DNA of 64,000 nucleotides from NCBI GenBank assembly GCA_041483895.1, contig JBGPGO010000008.1, positions 32,001-96,000 of the forward strand, given 5' to 3'. Under the pieces are notes generated by a model. The model was not told the DNA's origin and made no database searches. It saw only the letters and a program-made list of their open reading frames with translations. The position numbers and the translations under genes were made by a program. Position 1 is the stretch's first letter, and every line of letters starts with the position of its first letter. Origin of the DNA: Fimbriimonadia bacterium. Its GTDB lineage: Bacteria > Armatimonadota > Fimbriimonadia > Fimbriimonadales > JABRVX01. Shown here one piece after another: positions 30,123 to 38,340 of the stretch.

Positions 30123-30713
30123 TTAGCCCTTTTTAGACGGTGTGGCTGTTACTTTTCCGCCCTGAACCTTCAGAATGGTCGCCGGCTTTTGCGGCCATTT
30201 CACTGGTTCGGAAGCATTCTCACCAGTATACTTATAGGTCCCCGCGCCATCCAGCCGGACATCCAACTGGCCGTTTGCGTTGATGTGATCGAACGTGCCG
30301 ACGGCATTAACCGTGAAGCTCGGACCGGTGCGGACCGGTGGGCCAACAAGCCCGCCGCTTCCTTGGGCGCCCACACCGCCTCCAACGACGACTGCGGTGG
30401 CTGGGCCCGGCTTGTAAATAAAAGTGCCCAATCCTTTGAGGGTGTACCGTGGTCCCGCCTTCGTGACCTGGAAGCCATCGACCTTGATGTATTGATCGTA
30501 ATCTGTCGATGCGAACGTGATGGTGACCGTACCGTCGCCCTTGATTTCGAGGTTCCCCGATCCGTCGATCAAGACCACGCCTTTGCCCGCCGCCCAAATG
30601 CCGGACGGTTGTATTAGGATTTTGTGGTCGTTCTTATGATCGGTCGGAGTTTGCGAATGTCCGATTTGGATCAGCGCCGCAATCAAGACTGAAATCGCGA
30701 TCTGGGTTTTCAT
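30123..30713 (-). CDS. Secreted beta-rich hypothetical protein (paralog 1)
   Basis: SD AAGGAGGA then MKTQIAISV. Shares VGPPV.TGPSFTV.A.G.FD with the next gene. Confidence 0.75.
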   Translation of the reverse strand: MKTQIAISVLIAALIQIGHSQTPTDHKNDHKILIQPSGIWAAGKGVVLIDGSGNLEIKGDGTVTITFASTDYDQYIKVDGFQVTKAGPRYTLKGLGTFIYKPGPATAVVVGGGVGAQGSGGLVGPPVRTGPSFTVNAVGTFDHINANGQLDVRLDGAGTYKYTGENASEPVKWPQKPATILKVQGGKVTATPSKKG

Positions 30714-30734
30714 TTTTGTCCTCCTTGTTCTTTG

Positions 30735-30766
30735 GTCACGGTCCAGTGACTGCACTGGACCGTGAC
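30735..30766. repeat. Perfect 14-bp inverted repeat between the two paralogs
   Basis: GTCACGGTCCAGTG-ACTG-CACTGGACCGTGAC. Confidence 0.8.
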
Positions 30767-30785
30767 AACGTGGCTTAGATTAGCC

Positions 30786-31355
30786 TTATGGCTTCGGGTC
30801 GATCTTCAGGTCCGTGCCATTGGCGCTCCAGGGGTTGGCGGCGGTAAGTTTGCCGTTCAATCCGGTAAAGGTCTGATAGCTGCCTTCACCCGTCAATGTG
30901 AGCGCAAACTTACCGACGGCATCGATCTTGTCGAAGCTGCCGTAAGCCTTGACTGTGAAGGAAGGGCCGGTGTAGACGGGCGGTCCGACAGGTCCGCCGG
31001 GATTTCTGGTGATCGCGTCGACGGCGCTGTAGGCGCCGTGAACGGGCTTGACCTTGATCTTACTCTTCAGATTAAGGATCGCCTTCGGGACGATCACGCC
31101 GTGCCCTGTGAGCTCGATCGCGTCGCCGTTAATCTCCTTGACGACAAAACCTTGATGTGTGAAGATCTTGTCGAACTGGACCTTGGTCAGGCCTTGGATA
31201 TGTACGGTGCCATTACCGTCCAATGTGAGGTAGCCGGAGCCGTCTACCATGATGTCGCCTTTTCCCTTGGCAGTAACACCGGTTACTGCTGTTTGTGCGA
31301 TCGCGAGCGTTGTTCCAAGAATCGCTGCGATTGCGAGTGCGATATATCGACTCAT
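30786..31355 (-). CDS. Secreted beta-rich hypothetical protein (paralog 2)
   Basis: SD AGGAGG, signal peptide, paralogous to 30123-30713. Confidence 0.75.
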   Translation of the reverse strand: MSRYIALAIAAILGTTLAIAQTAVTGVTAKGKGDIMVDGSGYLTLDGNGTVHIQGLTKVQFDKIFTHQGFVVKEINGDAIELTGHGVIVPKAILNLKSKIKVKPVHGAYSAVDAITRNPGGPVGPPVYTGPSFTVKAYGSFDKIDAVGKFALTLTGEGSYQTFTGLNGKLTAANPWSANGTDLKIDPKP

Positions 31356-31513
31356 TCGATTCTGTCCTCCTGATTTGGTCCGCTGTGCTGCGTGCGGTCA
31401 GCGGTACTGTTATGATTCCGGGCTTTATGATACCAGTTACACCTTTTTGGAACGGTCCTGGGTCTATGCTGGGAGTTCTTTTGTCTTCTTTCATGCTTCG
31501 ATGTGCCGGGGTC

Positions 31514-31560
31514 TTGATTTTTTCGAATTTTTTGTTATAATAGTAGACGTTAGTGTACTA
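31514..31560 (+). promoter_or_regulatory. Sigma70-type promoter with overlapping palindromic operator for imuB-dnaE2
   Basis: TTGATT (31514), 16-nt spacer, TATAAT (31536-41) with TG extension, then TAGTAGAC-GTTA-GTGTACTA (31541-31560). Confidence 0.65.
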
Positions 31561-32728
31561 TTACTTGTGTATTCTGTTTGCAGGGAGTGGCTACAAAGAG
31601 GAGTGGTTGGAAGGATGTCTACAGTTCACCGATGGGATCGAGCCCAGCGGCGGGGACTGCGCCTATTTTGACCTTTCCGGTCATCCGGATCCTTCCGAGA
31701 TAGCCGCGCGGTTGGCCGAGTTCCTGTCCGATGCCTCGGGCAGGCCGGTCCGATACGGCGCGGCCGGCTCCAAGTGGATCGCTCGCCTGGCGGCGGAATG
31801 GGAAGACGACGGCCTCGCTCTTTCGGATCCGGCGGCCTTCCTTGCGCCGCTTCCGGTGGAGTGCCTGCGCCCGATCGCTCCGGAGAACATCGTGCGGCTG
31901 CGCTTTTTGGGCTATCGCACGATCGGCGAGGCGGTTTCGATTCCGTTGGAAGTTTTGTGGCGGCAGTTCGATGAGGAAGGGTATCGGATCTATCGCGCCG
32001 CGCGGGGTTTTTTTGCCGATCCGGTGCGGGCGCTGTTCCCGCCGGAATCGATCATCGAGCGGTTCCGGTTCGACGGCTGCGTTTCGAATTGGGCGGATGT
32101 GGAAGGGGCGTTGCGGTTGCTGGCCGATCGGTTGGGCAAGCGCCTGGCCGATCGGGATCGGCAGGGCCAGCGCATGGTGATCGTTTTGGAGACTGGGGGC
32201 GCTCCCTCGCGTCTGGAGCGCATGTTCGCCCGTCCCATCGCCACCCCTTCCGCCGCCTTCGCGGCGATGACGTTGATGGTGAAAAACGCCTTTGACGATA
32301 CGATCGTCAATGAAAAAACAAAAAACAAAAATTTCATTGACGATCGCATCGTCAAATCCACTCCCAATGATGCGACCGGTCTCCTGACCGAGTCGCAAGT
32401 TCCTCCGGGGTCTCCTGACCGGACAAACGACGGGCGGTCAGGAGACCTAAAGAATGGTTGCGACTCGGTCGGGAGACCGGTCGCATCGATTGAGTCGCAC
32501 TGTGAAGGGGCCATCCGCGCCATCCGCATCCTGATGCCCGGCCTGGAAAAGACCGACCGCGCCCAACCCAATCTGCTGGAAAGCGTGCCGGAACGGAGGC
32601 GGAGGCTGATGATGGAACGCATCATCCGCACCTTCCGCTCCCGTTACGGCGACCGCTCCATCCGCCCGGCGCGCGAGGTCCCCGTCCCGCGGCGATTGCA
32701 AATCCTGCGAGAGTGGCAGCGTGGATAG
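31553..32728 (+). CDS. imuB: ImuB-like inactive Y-family polymerase (N-terminally reduced) with in-frame repeat insertion
   Basis: AYFDLSG, SKWIARLAA, FLAPLPVECL, LRFLGYRTIG, QPNLL clamp-type motif, RSRYGDRSI. Directly upstream of dnaE2. Confidence 0.85.
   Translation: MYYYLCILFAGSGYKEEWLEGCLQFTDGIEPSGGDCAYFDLSGHPDPSEIAARLAEFLSDASGRPVRYGAAGSKWIARLAAEWEDDGLALSDPAAFLAPLPVECLRPIAPENIVRLRFLGYRTIGEAVSIPLEVLWRQFDEEGYRIYRAARGFFADPVRALFPPESIIERFRFDGCVSNWADVEGALRLLADRLGKRLADRDRQGQRMVIVLETGGAPSRLERMFARPIATPSAAFAAMTLMVKNAFDDTIVNEKTKNKNFIDDRIVKSTPNDATGLLTESQVPPGSPDRTNDGRSGDLKNGCDSVGRPVASIESHCEGAIRAIRILMPGLEKTDRAQPNLLESVPERRRRLMMERIIRTFRSRYGDRSIRPAREVPVPRRLQILREWQRG
32291..32509. repeat. In-frame mosaic block 1 (in imuB): inverted family B pair, family C long hairpin (32369-32487), half family A
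   Basis: TTGACGATACGATCGTCAATGAAA / TTTCATTGACGATCGCATCGTCAA; GATGCGACCGGTCTCCTGACCGAGTCGCAA and its reverse complement; AGTCGCACTGTGAAGGG. Confidence 0.92.
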
Positions 32729-35700
32729 CCCCGCAAGGAAACGAATATTGGAGGGCTCCGCTCCGTCGGAGCCGCAGATTGCCGTCTGGCGCGAGGCGGG
32801 GCGGTGGTGGGACGGCGAGGCGTATCGCGAATTCCGCCGCTTCTTGGACGAGCGCGGCATCCAGCGGGAGAGCGTGGACGAATTTCCATCCCTCAGCCGG
32901 GCGCTCTCGGAGAGGATGGAGGAGCAGCCGTACGAGGAGGACCATCGGGAGGAGTGGGCCTTCCGCATGCGCAAGATCCGGGATGAAAAAGTCGCCCGCG
33001 CCAACGGCTGGCTCCCCCGCGACGATGCGACCGGTCTCCTGACCGAGTCGCAAGTTCTTGACGATGCGATCGTCAATGAAAATATTAAAAATGTAGGCGC
33101 GGGTCAGATTGACGATTCGCCACCGATTGCCGACAACCAAGACCCGCGTAACCCCGTTGGAAATTCCGTCCCCCTCGGATCAAAAAATGTAGGCACGGGT
33201 CGGATTGACGATGCCCCGCCGATTGCCGACAACCAAGATGCGATCGTCAATGAAAAAACCTCTCCCTTCACAATAGGGATTGTGAAGGGAGAGAAAAACT
33301 CTCACCTACAGCCAGATTCCTCGCAAGCTCGGAATGACAACTCCCCTTCACAGTGCGACTGTGAAGGGATAAAAAGCACCATATCGTATGTATCCATCCC
33401 TTCACAGTCGCACTGTGAAGGGGACAACGATGCGCCGGGGTTCTCGTCTACCGAATCCGTACGTCCGCCGACCACCCAGACCCCGGCGCAACCCTGTCTC
33501 CATGTGCTCAGTGGATACAGCTTCGGCAGAAGCTCCATGCTCGCCGAGGAGATCCCGGTCCTGTGCGCCGACATGGGTATCCCCGCCGTCCTCGTCGCCG
33601 ACATCTTCTCCCTGACCGGCGCGATGGAGCATTCCAAAGCCGCCAAAAAGGCCGGAATCAAACCGCTGATCGGCGCCACCTTCGAGATGGCCGAAGGCGG
33701 CGAGATCGTCCTCGTCGCCCGCACCCGGAATGGCTATCGGAGCCTCTGCCGCCTGATCTCCGAGTGCCACTTAGGCGAGCCGCGCCTCTTCCCCCTATGC
33801 ACCTGGGAGCGGCTGGAGCGGCACCGCGAAGACCTGCTCTGCCTCACCGGCGGGCACCCCGGCCTGATCAGCCGCCTCCTGCTCGCGCAAAAATATGGCG
33901 AGGCGAATACCGTAACGCGCCGACTGATCGATCTCTATGGCCGCGATAATGTCTTCATACAGATCGAGCGCAGCTACTATCCGTTCGAAAAGGCGCTGGA
34001 GGGGCGGCTGCTGGAGCTGGCCTCCCATTGCGGCGTGCGCCCCGTGGCCGGCGGACCGATCACCCATGCCAAATTCGAGCACTTCCCGGCGCAGGACGTG
34101 CTGATCTGTATAGATACCCTTTGCGCGATTGAAGAAATTGACGGGCGCAAGCCGGGCAGGAAACAGGGGCAAACGCAGGTCGAAGGCCCCCCTCGCCGCG
34201 CCCTCAACGCCGAGAGATATCTGCACAGTCCCGCCGAGATGCGCGCCCTGTTCGTCGACCGGCCGGATTTGCTGGAAAACACATGGGCGGTGGCCGAGCG
34301 GTGCGACCCATGGGTGATGCCGCCCCGGACGGAGCTGCCGAAGCTGTACCCGGACGAGTTCGCCACCCTGCGCGAAATCACCTATGCCGGCGCGCGCGCC
34401 CGCTATCCCAAAATCGGCAGCAGCCTGCACCGCCGCATGGAAAACGAGCTGAACCGGATCGAGCAACTCGGCTTCGCGGGGCATTTTCTGGTCGCGTGGG
34501 ATATGTGCCGGTGGGCGCGGGAGAACCGGATTCTGTTCAGCGGTCGCGGGTCGGTGGTGGATTCGGTGGTGGCGTTTGCTCTTGGCCTTTCCCGCATCGA
34601 CGCGCATCACCACAACCTGCACTTCGATCGCTTCCTTCCCGCAGATGGGTCCAAAAGGCCGGATATCGACATCGACTTCGAGGCCGCCAAACGCAACGAC
34701 GTGCGCGAATATCTGACGAAAAAATATGGCGAAGATCATGTGGCCACCGTCGGGGCGGTGGGGGCCTACTGTTCGCGGGGAATCGTGCGGGAGGTGAGCA
34801 AGGTGTTCGGCATTCCGCCGGAAACGATCGGCTATTTTGCCAAGCGCATCCACGGCGGCGTCAGCCCGGACAACCTGCGCGCCTCCCTCAAGGCCCGGCC
34901 GGAACTGCGAAACAGCAACATCCCGGCGGACCTGTTCGAGTGGGTGTTCGCCCTCAGCCCTCTTCTCATGGATGTGCCGCGAAACATGCGCTCCCATTCG
35001 TCCGGCGTCGTGATCTCCCGAACGCCGATCATGGACACGGTGCCGGTCCTCATCTCCGGCCTGGACTCCGTAAAAATTATGCAGTGGGACAAGCGCAGCG
35101 CCAAGCATGTGTTCGACAAATTCGACGTGCTCTGCCTGCGCGGGCAAGACGTGCTGGGGAGGACCCAGGAGCAGATCCGGCTGTTCGAGGATTTCGATGT
35201 GGAAGACATCTCGCTGGAGGACCCGGACACCTACGCCACCATGCGATCGGGGCATCTGATCGGCGTGCCGCAGTCGGCCTCTCCCGCGATGCGGCAGGCG
35301 CACGTGCGGCTGGGGACGATGGACCTGAAGGACGCCAGTTTGGTGCAGGCGGGCATCCGGCCCGGCGTGGGCGGGGCGGTGAAGATCAACGAATTGATCG
35401 CGCGGCGGCGGGGCAAGCCGTACAGCTTCCAGCATCCCAAATTGGAAAAAATTCTGGGCCACACCTATGGGATTATCGTTTTTCAGGAGCAGGTGGACCA
35501 ACTGCTGCAGGAGTTCGGAAACTATACGTCCGGCGAGGCGGAGGCGACGCGCGAGGCCATCTACGAGAAGCGGCGGGAGAAATACGCGGCGCAGATTAAA
35601 GAGGAGGTGATCTCGCGGGTACTGGCGCAGGGATACGCGCAGTCGGTGGCGGAGGAGGTCTATGATTTAGTTTCCGGATTTCAGGGATATGGGTTTGCGG

Positions 35701-37256
35701 AGGGGCACGCGCTGGCGTTCGCGGAGATTTCGATCCGCTCGGTCTGGTGCCAGCAGCACTATCCGGCGGAGTATTTCGCGGCGCTGCTGAACTCCCAGCC
35801 GGCGGGATATTACGGCCCCTGCACGCTGGCGAACGAGGCGCGGATTCGGGGGGTGAGGATGCTGCCGGTGGATGTGAACGCGAGCGGGTTGGAGTTTTCG
35901 GTGGAGGATGTGCGGTCGGAGATGGACCCTCGGTTGATCCTTCCTCGCGCCGGCATCCGCGTGGCCCTTCACCAGATCAGCGGAGTGTCTTCCGACACCC
36001 TGACCCGCATATCCTTAAATGGGGTCTTGGATTTCATTGGCGATCGCATCGTCAACATCCCTTCACAGTGCGACTGTGAAGGGATAGGAGATGTGTTGGG
36101 GTCCTCGCCTGCCGGATCCGACCGAATGCCAATAAGCCCAGACCCCAACACCGGCATCATCACCCCGGATTTCATTGACGATGCGATCGTCAATGAAAAC
36201 TCCCCTTCACAGTCGCACTGTGAAGGGATGGAGAGACTCCCTCCCCCTTTTTCCGGCGCTGCCCGTTCCCCTGCGCCGGAAAAAGGGGGAGGGTTGGGGT
36301 GGGGGTTTGAATTCTCGATGCGCCGGGGTTCACTGTTACCGACTCCTCCCGATTGCCAACAACCCAGACCCCGGCGCTATACCTCTTTCTTCGACTTCGT
36401 CGCGCGGGTGCGGCCGGCGCGGGACGAGTTGGAGCGGCTGATCCTGTGCGGCGCGCTGGACAGCCTCCACCATAACCGCCGCGCGATGCTGTGGGCGATT
36501 CCCTCGGCGCTCAACTACGCGAGCAGCGTCGCCCCTTCACAGTGCGACGACGATGCGATCGTCAATGAAAAAGTATCTTCCTTCACAATGGGGATTGTGA
36601 AGGAAGAAAAAAATGATGCGACCGGTCTCCCGACCGAGTCGCAAGTTTCTTCGCGGTCTCCGGACCGATGCGGCGACTCGGTCGGGAGACCGGTCGCATC
36701 TATATCGGCTTGCGACTCGGTCAGGAGACCGGTCGCATCCGTAAGCCCAGACCCCAACACCCTCCCCCTCACCAACACCGAACCCCCCATGCCGATGGAC
36801 GTGGCGGATTTTCCCGAGCAGGAAAAGGCGATCTGGGAGCGCGACATCCTTGGCATGGACGTGCAAAAGCACCTGATGGCCTGGGAGCGCGAGCATGTGC
36901 AGGCGCGCGGCGGCATCACGGGAGCGCAGGCGATGGCCTCCAAGGACGGGACGAAATGTTTCGTGGTCGGCCATCCGATCCGCCTGCGCTTTCCCCCGAC
37001 GCAAAGCGGCCGCCGCGTGGTGTTTTTCGATCTGGAAGACGAGACGGGCCTCTTAAATGTGACCTGTTTCGATGAGACCTATCAGCGATATGGGCACGCG
37101 ATTATCTGCAATCCCTATGTGACGGTGGTGGGCATCGCGCAGGCGCGGGACAACTATATGGGATTTTTGGCCGAGAAAATTTTCCCCTACCGCGCCAACC
37201 TCCGCAACTTCACAACCACCCTCCCGCTCACGATGGCAGATTTTCTCGTTAGGTAA
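32721..37256 (+). CDS. dnaE2: Error-prone DNA polymerase DnaE2 (ImuC) with N-terminal DUF6504-like domain and three repeat-derived insertions
   Basis: PHP domain (LHVLSGYSF), GRGSVVDS, RPDIDIDFE, KFDVLCL, YGIIVFQEQ, YGFAEGHA, LLNSQPAGYY, OB fold (FFDLEDETG). N-terminal WREAGRWWDGE. Confidence 0.93.
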   Translation: MDSPARKRILEGSAPSEPQIAVWREAGRWWDGEAYREFRRFLDERGIQRESVDEFPSLSRALSERMEEQPYEEDHREEWAFRMRKIRDEKVARANGWLPRDDATGLLTESQVLDDAIVNENIKNVGAGQIDDSPPIADNQDPRNPVGNSVPLGSKNVGTGRIDDAPPIADNQDAIVNEKTSPFTIGIVKGEKNSHLQPDSSQARNDNSPSQCDCEGIKSTISYVSIPSQSHCEGDNDAPGFSSTESVRPPTTQTPAQPCLHVLSGYSFGRSSMLAEEIPVLCADMGIPAVLVADIFSLTGAMEHSKAAKKAGIKPLIGATFEMAEGGEIVLVARTRNGYRSLCRLISECHLGEPRLFPLCTWERLERHREDLLCLTGGHPGLISRLLLAQKYGEANTVTRRLIDLYGRDNVFIQIERSYYPFEKALEGRLLELASHCGVRPVAGGPITHAKFEHFPAQDVLICIDTLCAIEEIDGRKPGRKQGQTQVEGPPRRALNAERYLHSPAEMRALFVDRPDLLENTWAVAERCDPWVMPPRTELPKLYPDEFATLREITYAGARARYPKIGSSLHRRMENELNRIEQLGFAGHFLVAWDMCRWARENRILFSGRGSVVDSVVAFALGLSRIDAHHHNLHFDRFLPADGSKRPDIDIDFEAAKRNDVREYLTKKYGEDHVATVGAVGAYCSRGIVREVSKVFGIPPETIGYFAKRIHGGVSPDNLRASLKARPELRNSNIPADLFEWVFALSPLLMDVPRNMRSHSSGVVISRTPIMDTVPVLISGLDSVKIMQWDKRSAKHVFDKFDVLCLRGQDVLGRTQEQIRLFEDFDVEDISLEDPDTYATMRSGHLIGVPQSASPAMRQAHVRLGTMDLKDASLVQAGIRPGVGGAVKINELIARRRGKPYSFQHPKLEKILGHTYGIIVFQEQVDQLLQEFGNYTSGEAEATREAIYEKRREKYAAQIKEEVISRVLAQGYAQSVAEEVYDLVSGFQGYGFAEGHALAFAEISIRSVWCQQHYPAEYFAALLNSQPAGYYGPCTLANEARIRGVRMLPVDVNASGLEFSVEDVRSEMDPRLILPRAGIRVALHQISGVSSDTLTRISLNGVLDFIGDRIVNIPSQCDCEGIGDVLGSSPAGSDRMPISPDPNTGIITPDFIDDAIVNENSPSQSHCEGMERLPPPFSGAARSPAPEKGGGLGWGFEFSMRRGSLLPTPPDCQQPRPRRYTSFFDFVARVRPARDELERLILCGALDSLHHNRRAMLWAIPSALNYASSVAPSQCDDDAIVNEKVSSFTMGIVKEEKNDATGLPTESQVSSRSPDRCGDSVGRPVASISACDSVRRPVASVSPDPNTLPLTNTEPPMPMDVADFPEQEKAIWERDILGMDVQKHLMAWEREHVQARGGITGAQAMASKDGTKCFVVGHPIRLRFPPTQSGRRVVFFDLEDETGLLNVTCFDETYQRYGHAIICNPYVTVVGIAQARDNYMGFLAEKIFPYRANLRNFTTTLPLTMADFLVR
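33021..33490. repeat. In-frame mosaic block 2 (dnaE2, between DUF6504-like and PHP domains)
   Basis: Family C (33024), B (33058, 33237), 56-bp direct repeat E-variant (33087-33142 and 33183-33238), A variants (33261, 33344, 33398), GATTCCTCGC..CTCGGAATGACA (about 33314-33339), E (33431-33490). Confidence 0.92.
36031..36377. repeat. In-frame mosaic block 3 (dnaE2 HhH region)
   Basis: B (36032, 36170), A (36059, 36203), E (36092-36151 and 36319-36377), family G perfect 21-bp stem (36239-36293). Confidence 0.92.
36533..36760. repeat. In-frame mosaic block 4 (dnaE2, linker before OB fold)
   Basis: A/B chimera (36533-36571), A variant (about 36576-36607), three family C copies (36615, 36674, 36709), right half of E. 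Confidence 0.92.
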
Positions 37257-37274
37257 CGCTGGCATCTTGCCGGC
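37252..37274. repeat. Family F REP-like element overlapping the dnaE2 stop codon
   Basis: GGTAACGCTGGCATCTTGCCGGCA. Confidence 0.75.
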
Positions 37275-37275
37275 A

Positions 37276-38340
37276 CTATCGACCCGAAGGCTTCGCACCT
37301 GAATGAAAATAAGTGATCGTCCGCGAGATGGCCGGGAGATCGTCGACGAAACCCTCACCATTAATCCATGATCGGTCAGTGCCCATCTGCAAGGTCCAGT
37401 TTCCATGCCTATCGTACTTGTACTCGTACAACATTTCCCAGTCCCGACTTCCATCTTCGTTGTAGCCATTGCGCGAAACAACATTTCCGTACTGATCATA
37501 TCGCTCCACCTTCATCATCCAGGCCTTCCCATCCGCCTCATACGACGTCATCGTCACGGTCCGCGCATCGGGAGAAGAGTCTTCAACAATCTTGGAGCCT
37601 GATTCGGTGTCCGTTAGCGTCCTGGACCTGAGCGTTCCATTTGGATAGTACACGAAATCCTCCACCTGCTTTCCACCATATCGACTGAAGTGCGAAACTA
37701 GCAGTCCACCAGCAACACCATATCGACGTGTCTCATCAATTTGTACGGATCCGCCGAAATCACCAGACGAAAACAATTTTGCATAATGACAAAACTGTTC
37801 GAAACCATCCGCCGTGCGACTCCATCTCCATGAGCCGCGTTCCGTCTTTTCGCCAGAATCATAGGCCTCGTAGGATTTCCGAAGATGATGACCATTGTCA
37901 TATTCGAAAGTCTTGATTGACCCATATGATGCGGAAATGCTAAGGAGGTCTCCCGTTGGCGAGTATTTGTATGTTATCGTGGATTCGGGGGATCCATCCC
38001 TAAACTCCTCCTCGATAATCGGCCGGTGCGAAGCGTCGTAATGATAAACGCACTCATAGAAGCTTTTCCGGCACGCAGGCACAGATTGGGATAGCTGAGA
38101 TAGCTTGATCATAGTGCCGCGCCGATCATACGTTAGTTCGCGCTGAACAGTCCAATGAGCCTGCTCGTTCTCACCATCCCGCGTCTCTTCGACGACTTGC
38201 CGGACAGGTCCACGGAGGTTCTCATCCTTGGCCATTGGAAATAATTCGGGAGGATTGATCGGCTCGATGTTCTTCGGCCATTGAGGTTGCGCGGCGGCGG
38301 ATTGCAGCAGGAGCAAGAGCACCATCATCTCATAACTCAC
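37276..38340 (-). CDS. Secreted YD/RHS-like repeat protein (paralog)
   Basis: WPKNIEPIN, DENLRGPV, many YD dipeptides, YDRHGNWT, RTITYF. Confidence 0.8.
   Translation of the reverse strand: MSYEMMVLLLLLQSAAAQPQWPKNIEPINPPELFPMAKDENLRGPVRQVVEETRDGENEQAHWTVQRELTYDRRGTMIKLSQLSQSVPACRKSFYECVYHYDASHRPIIEEEFRDGSPESTITYKYSPTGDLLSISASYGSIKTFEYDNGHHLRKSYEAYDSGEKTERGSWRWSRTADGFEQFCHYAKLFSSGDFGGSVQIDETRRYGVAGGLLVSHFSRYGGKQVEDFVYYPNGTLRSRTLTDTESGSKIVEDSSPDARTVTMTSYEADGKAWMMKVERYDQYGNVVSRNGYNEDGSRDWEMLYEYKYDRHGNWTLQMGTDRSWINGEGFVDDLPAISRTITYFHSGAKPSGR

Noticed and set aside
31373..31500. Riboswitch in the long leader of the 31355 gene
   Set aside because: No recognisable aptamer consensus by eye. An Rfam scan would be needed.
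33021..36760. Inteins or group I/II introns in dnaE2
   Set aside because: No C/S...HN-C/S/T splice junctions, homing endonuclease or RT motifs. The inserts are made of short dispersed repeats.
32291..36760. CRISPR array
   Set aside because: Repeats are of mixed families and orientations, with no regular repeat-spacer period and no cas operon.
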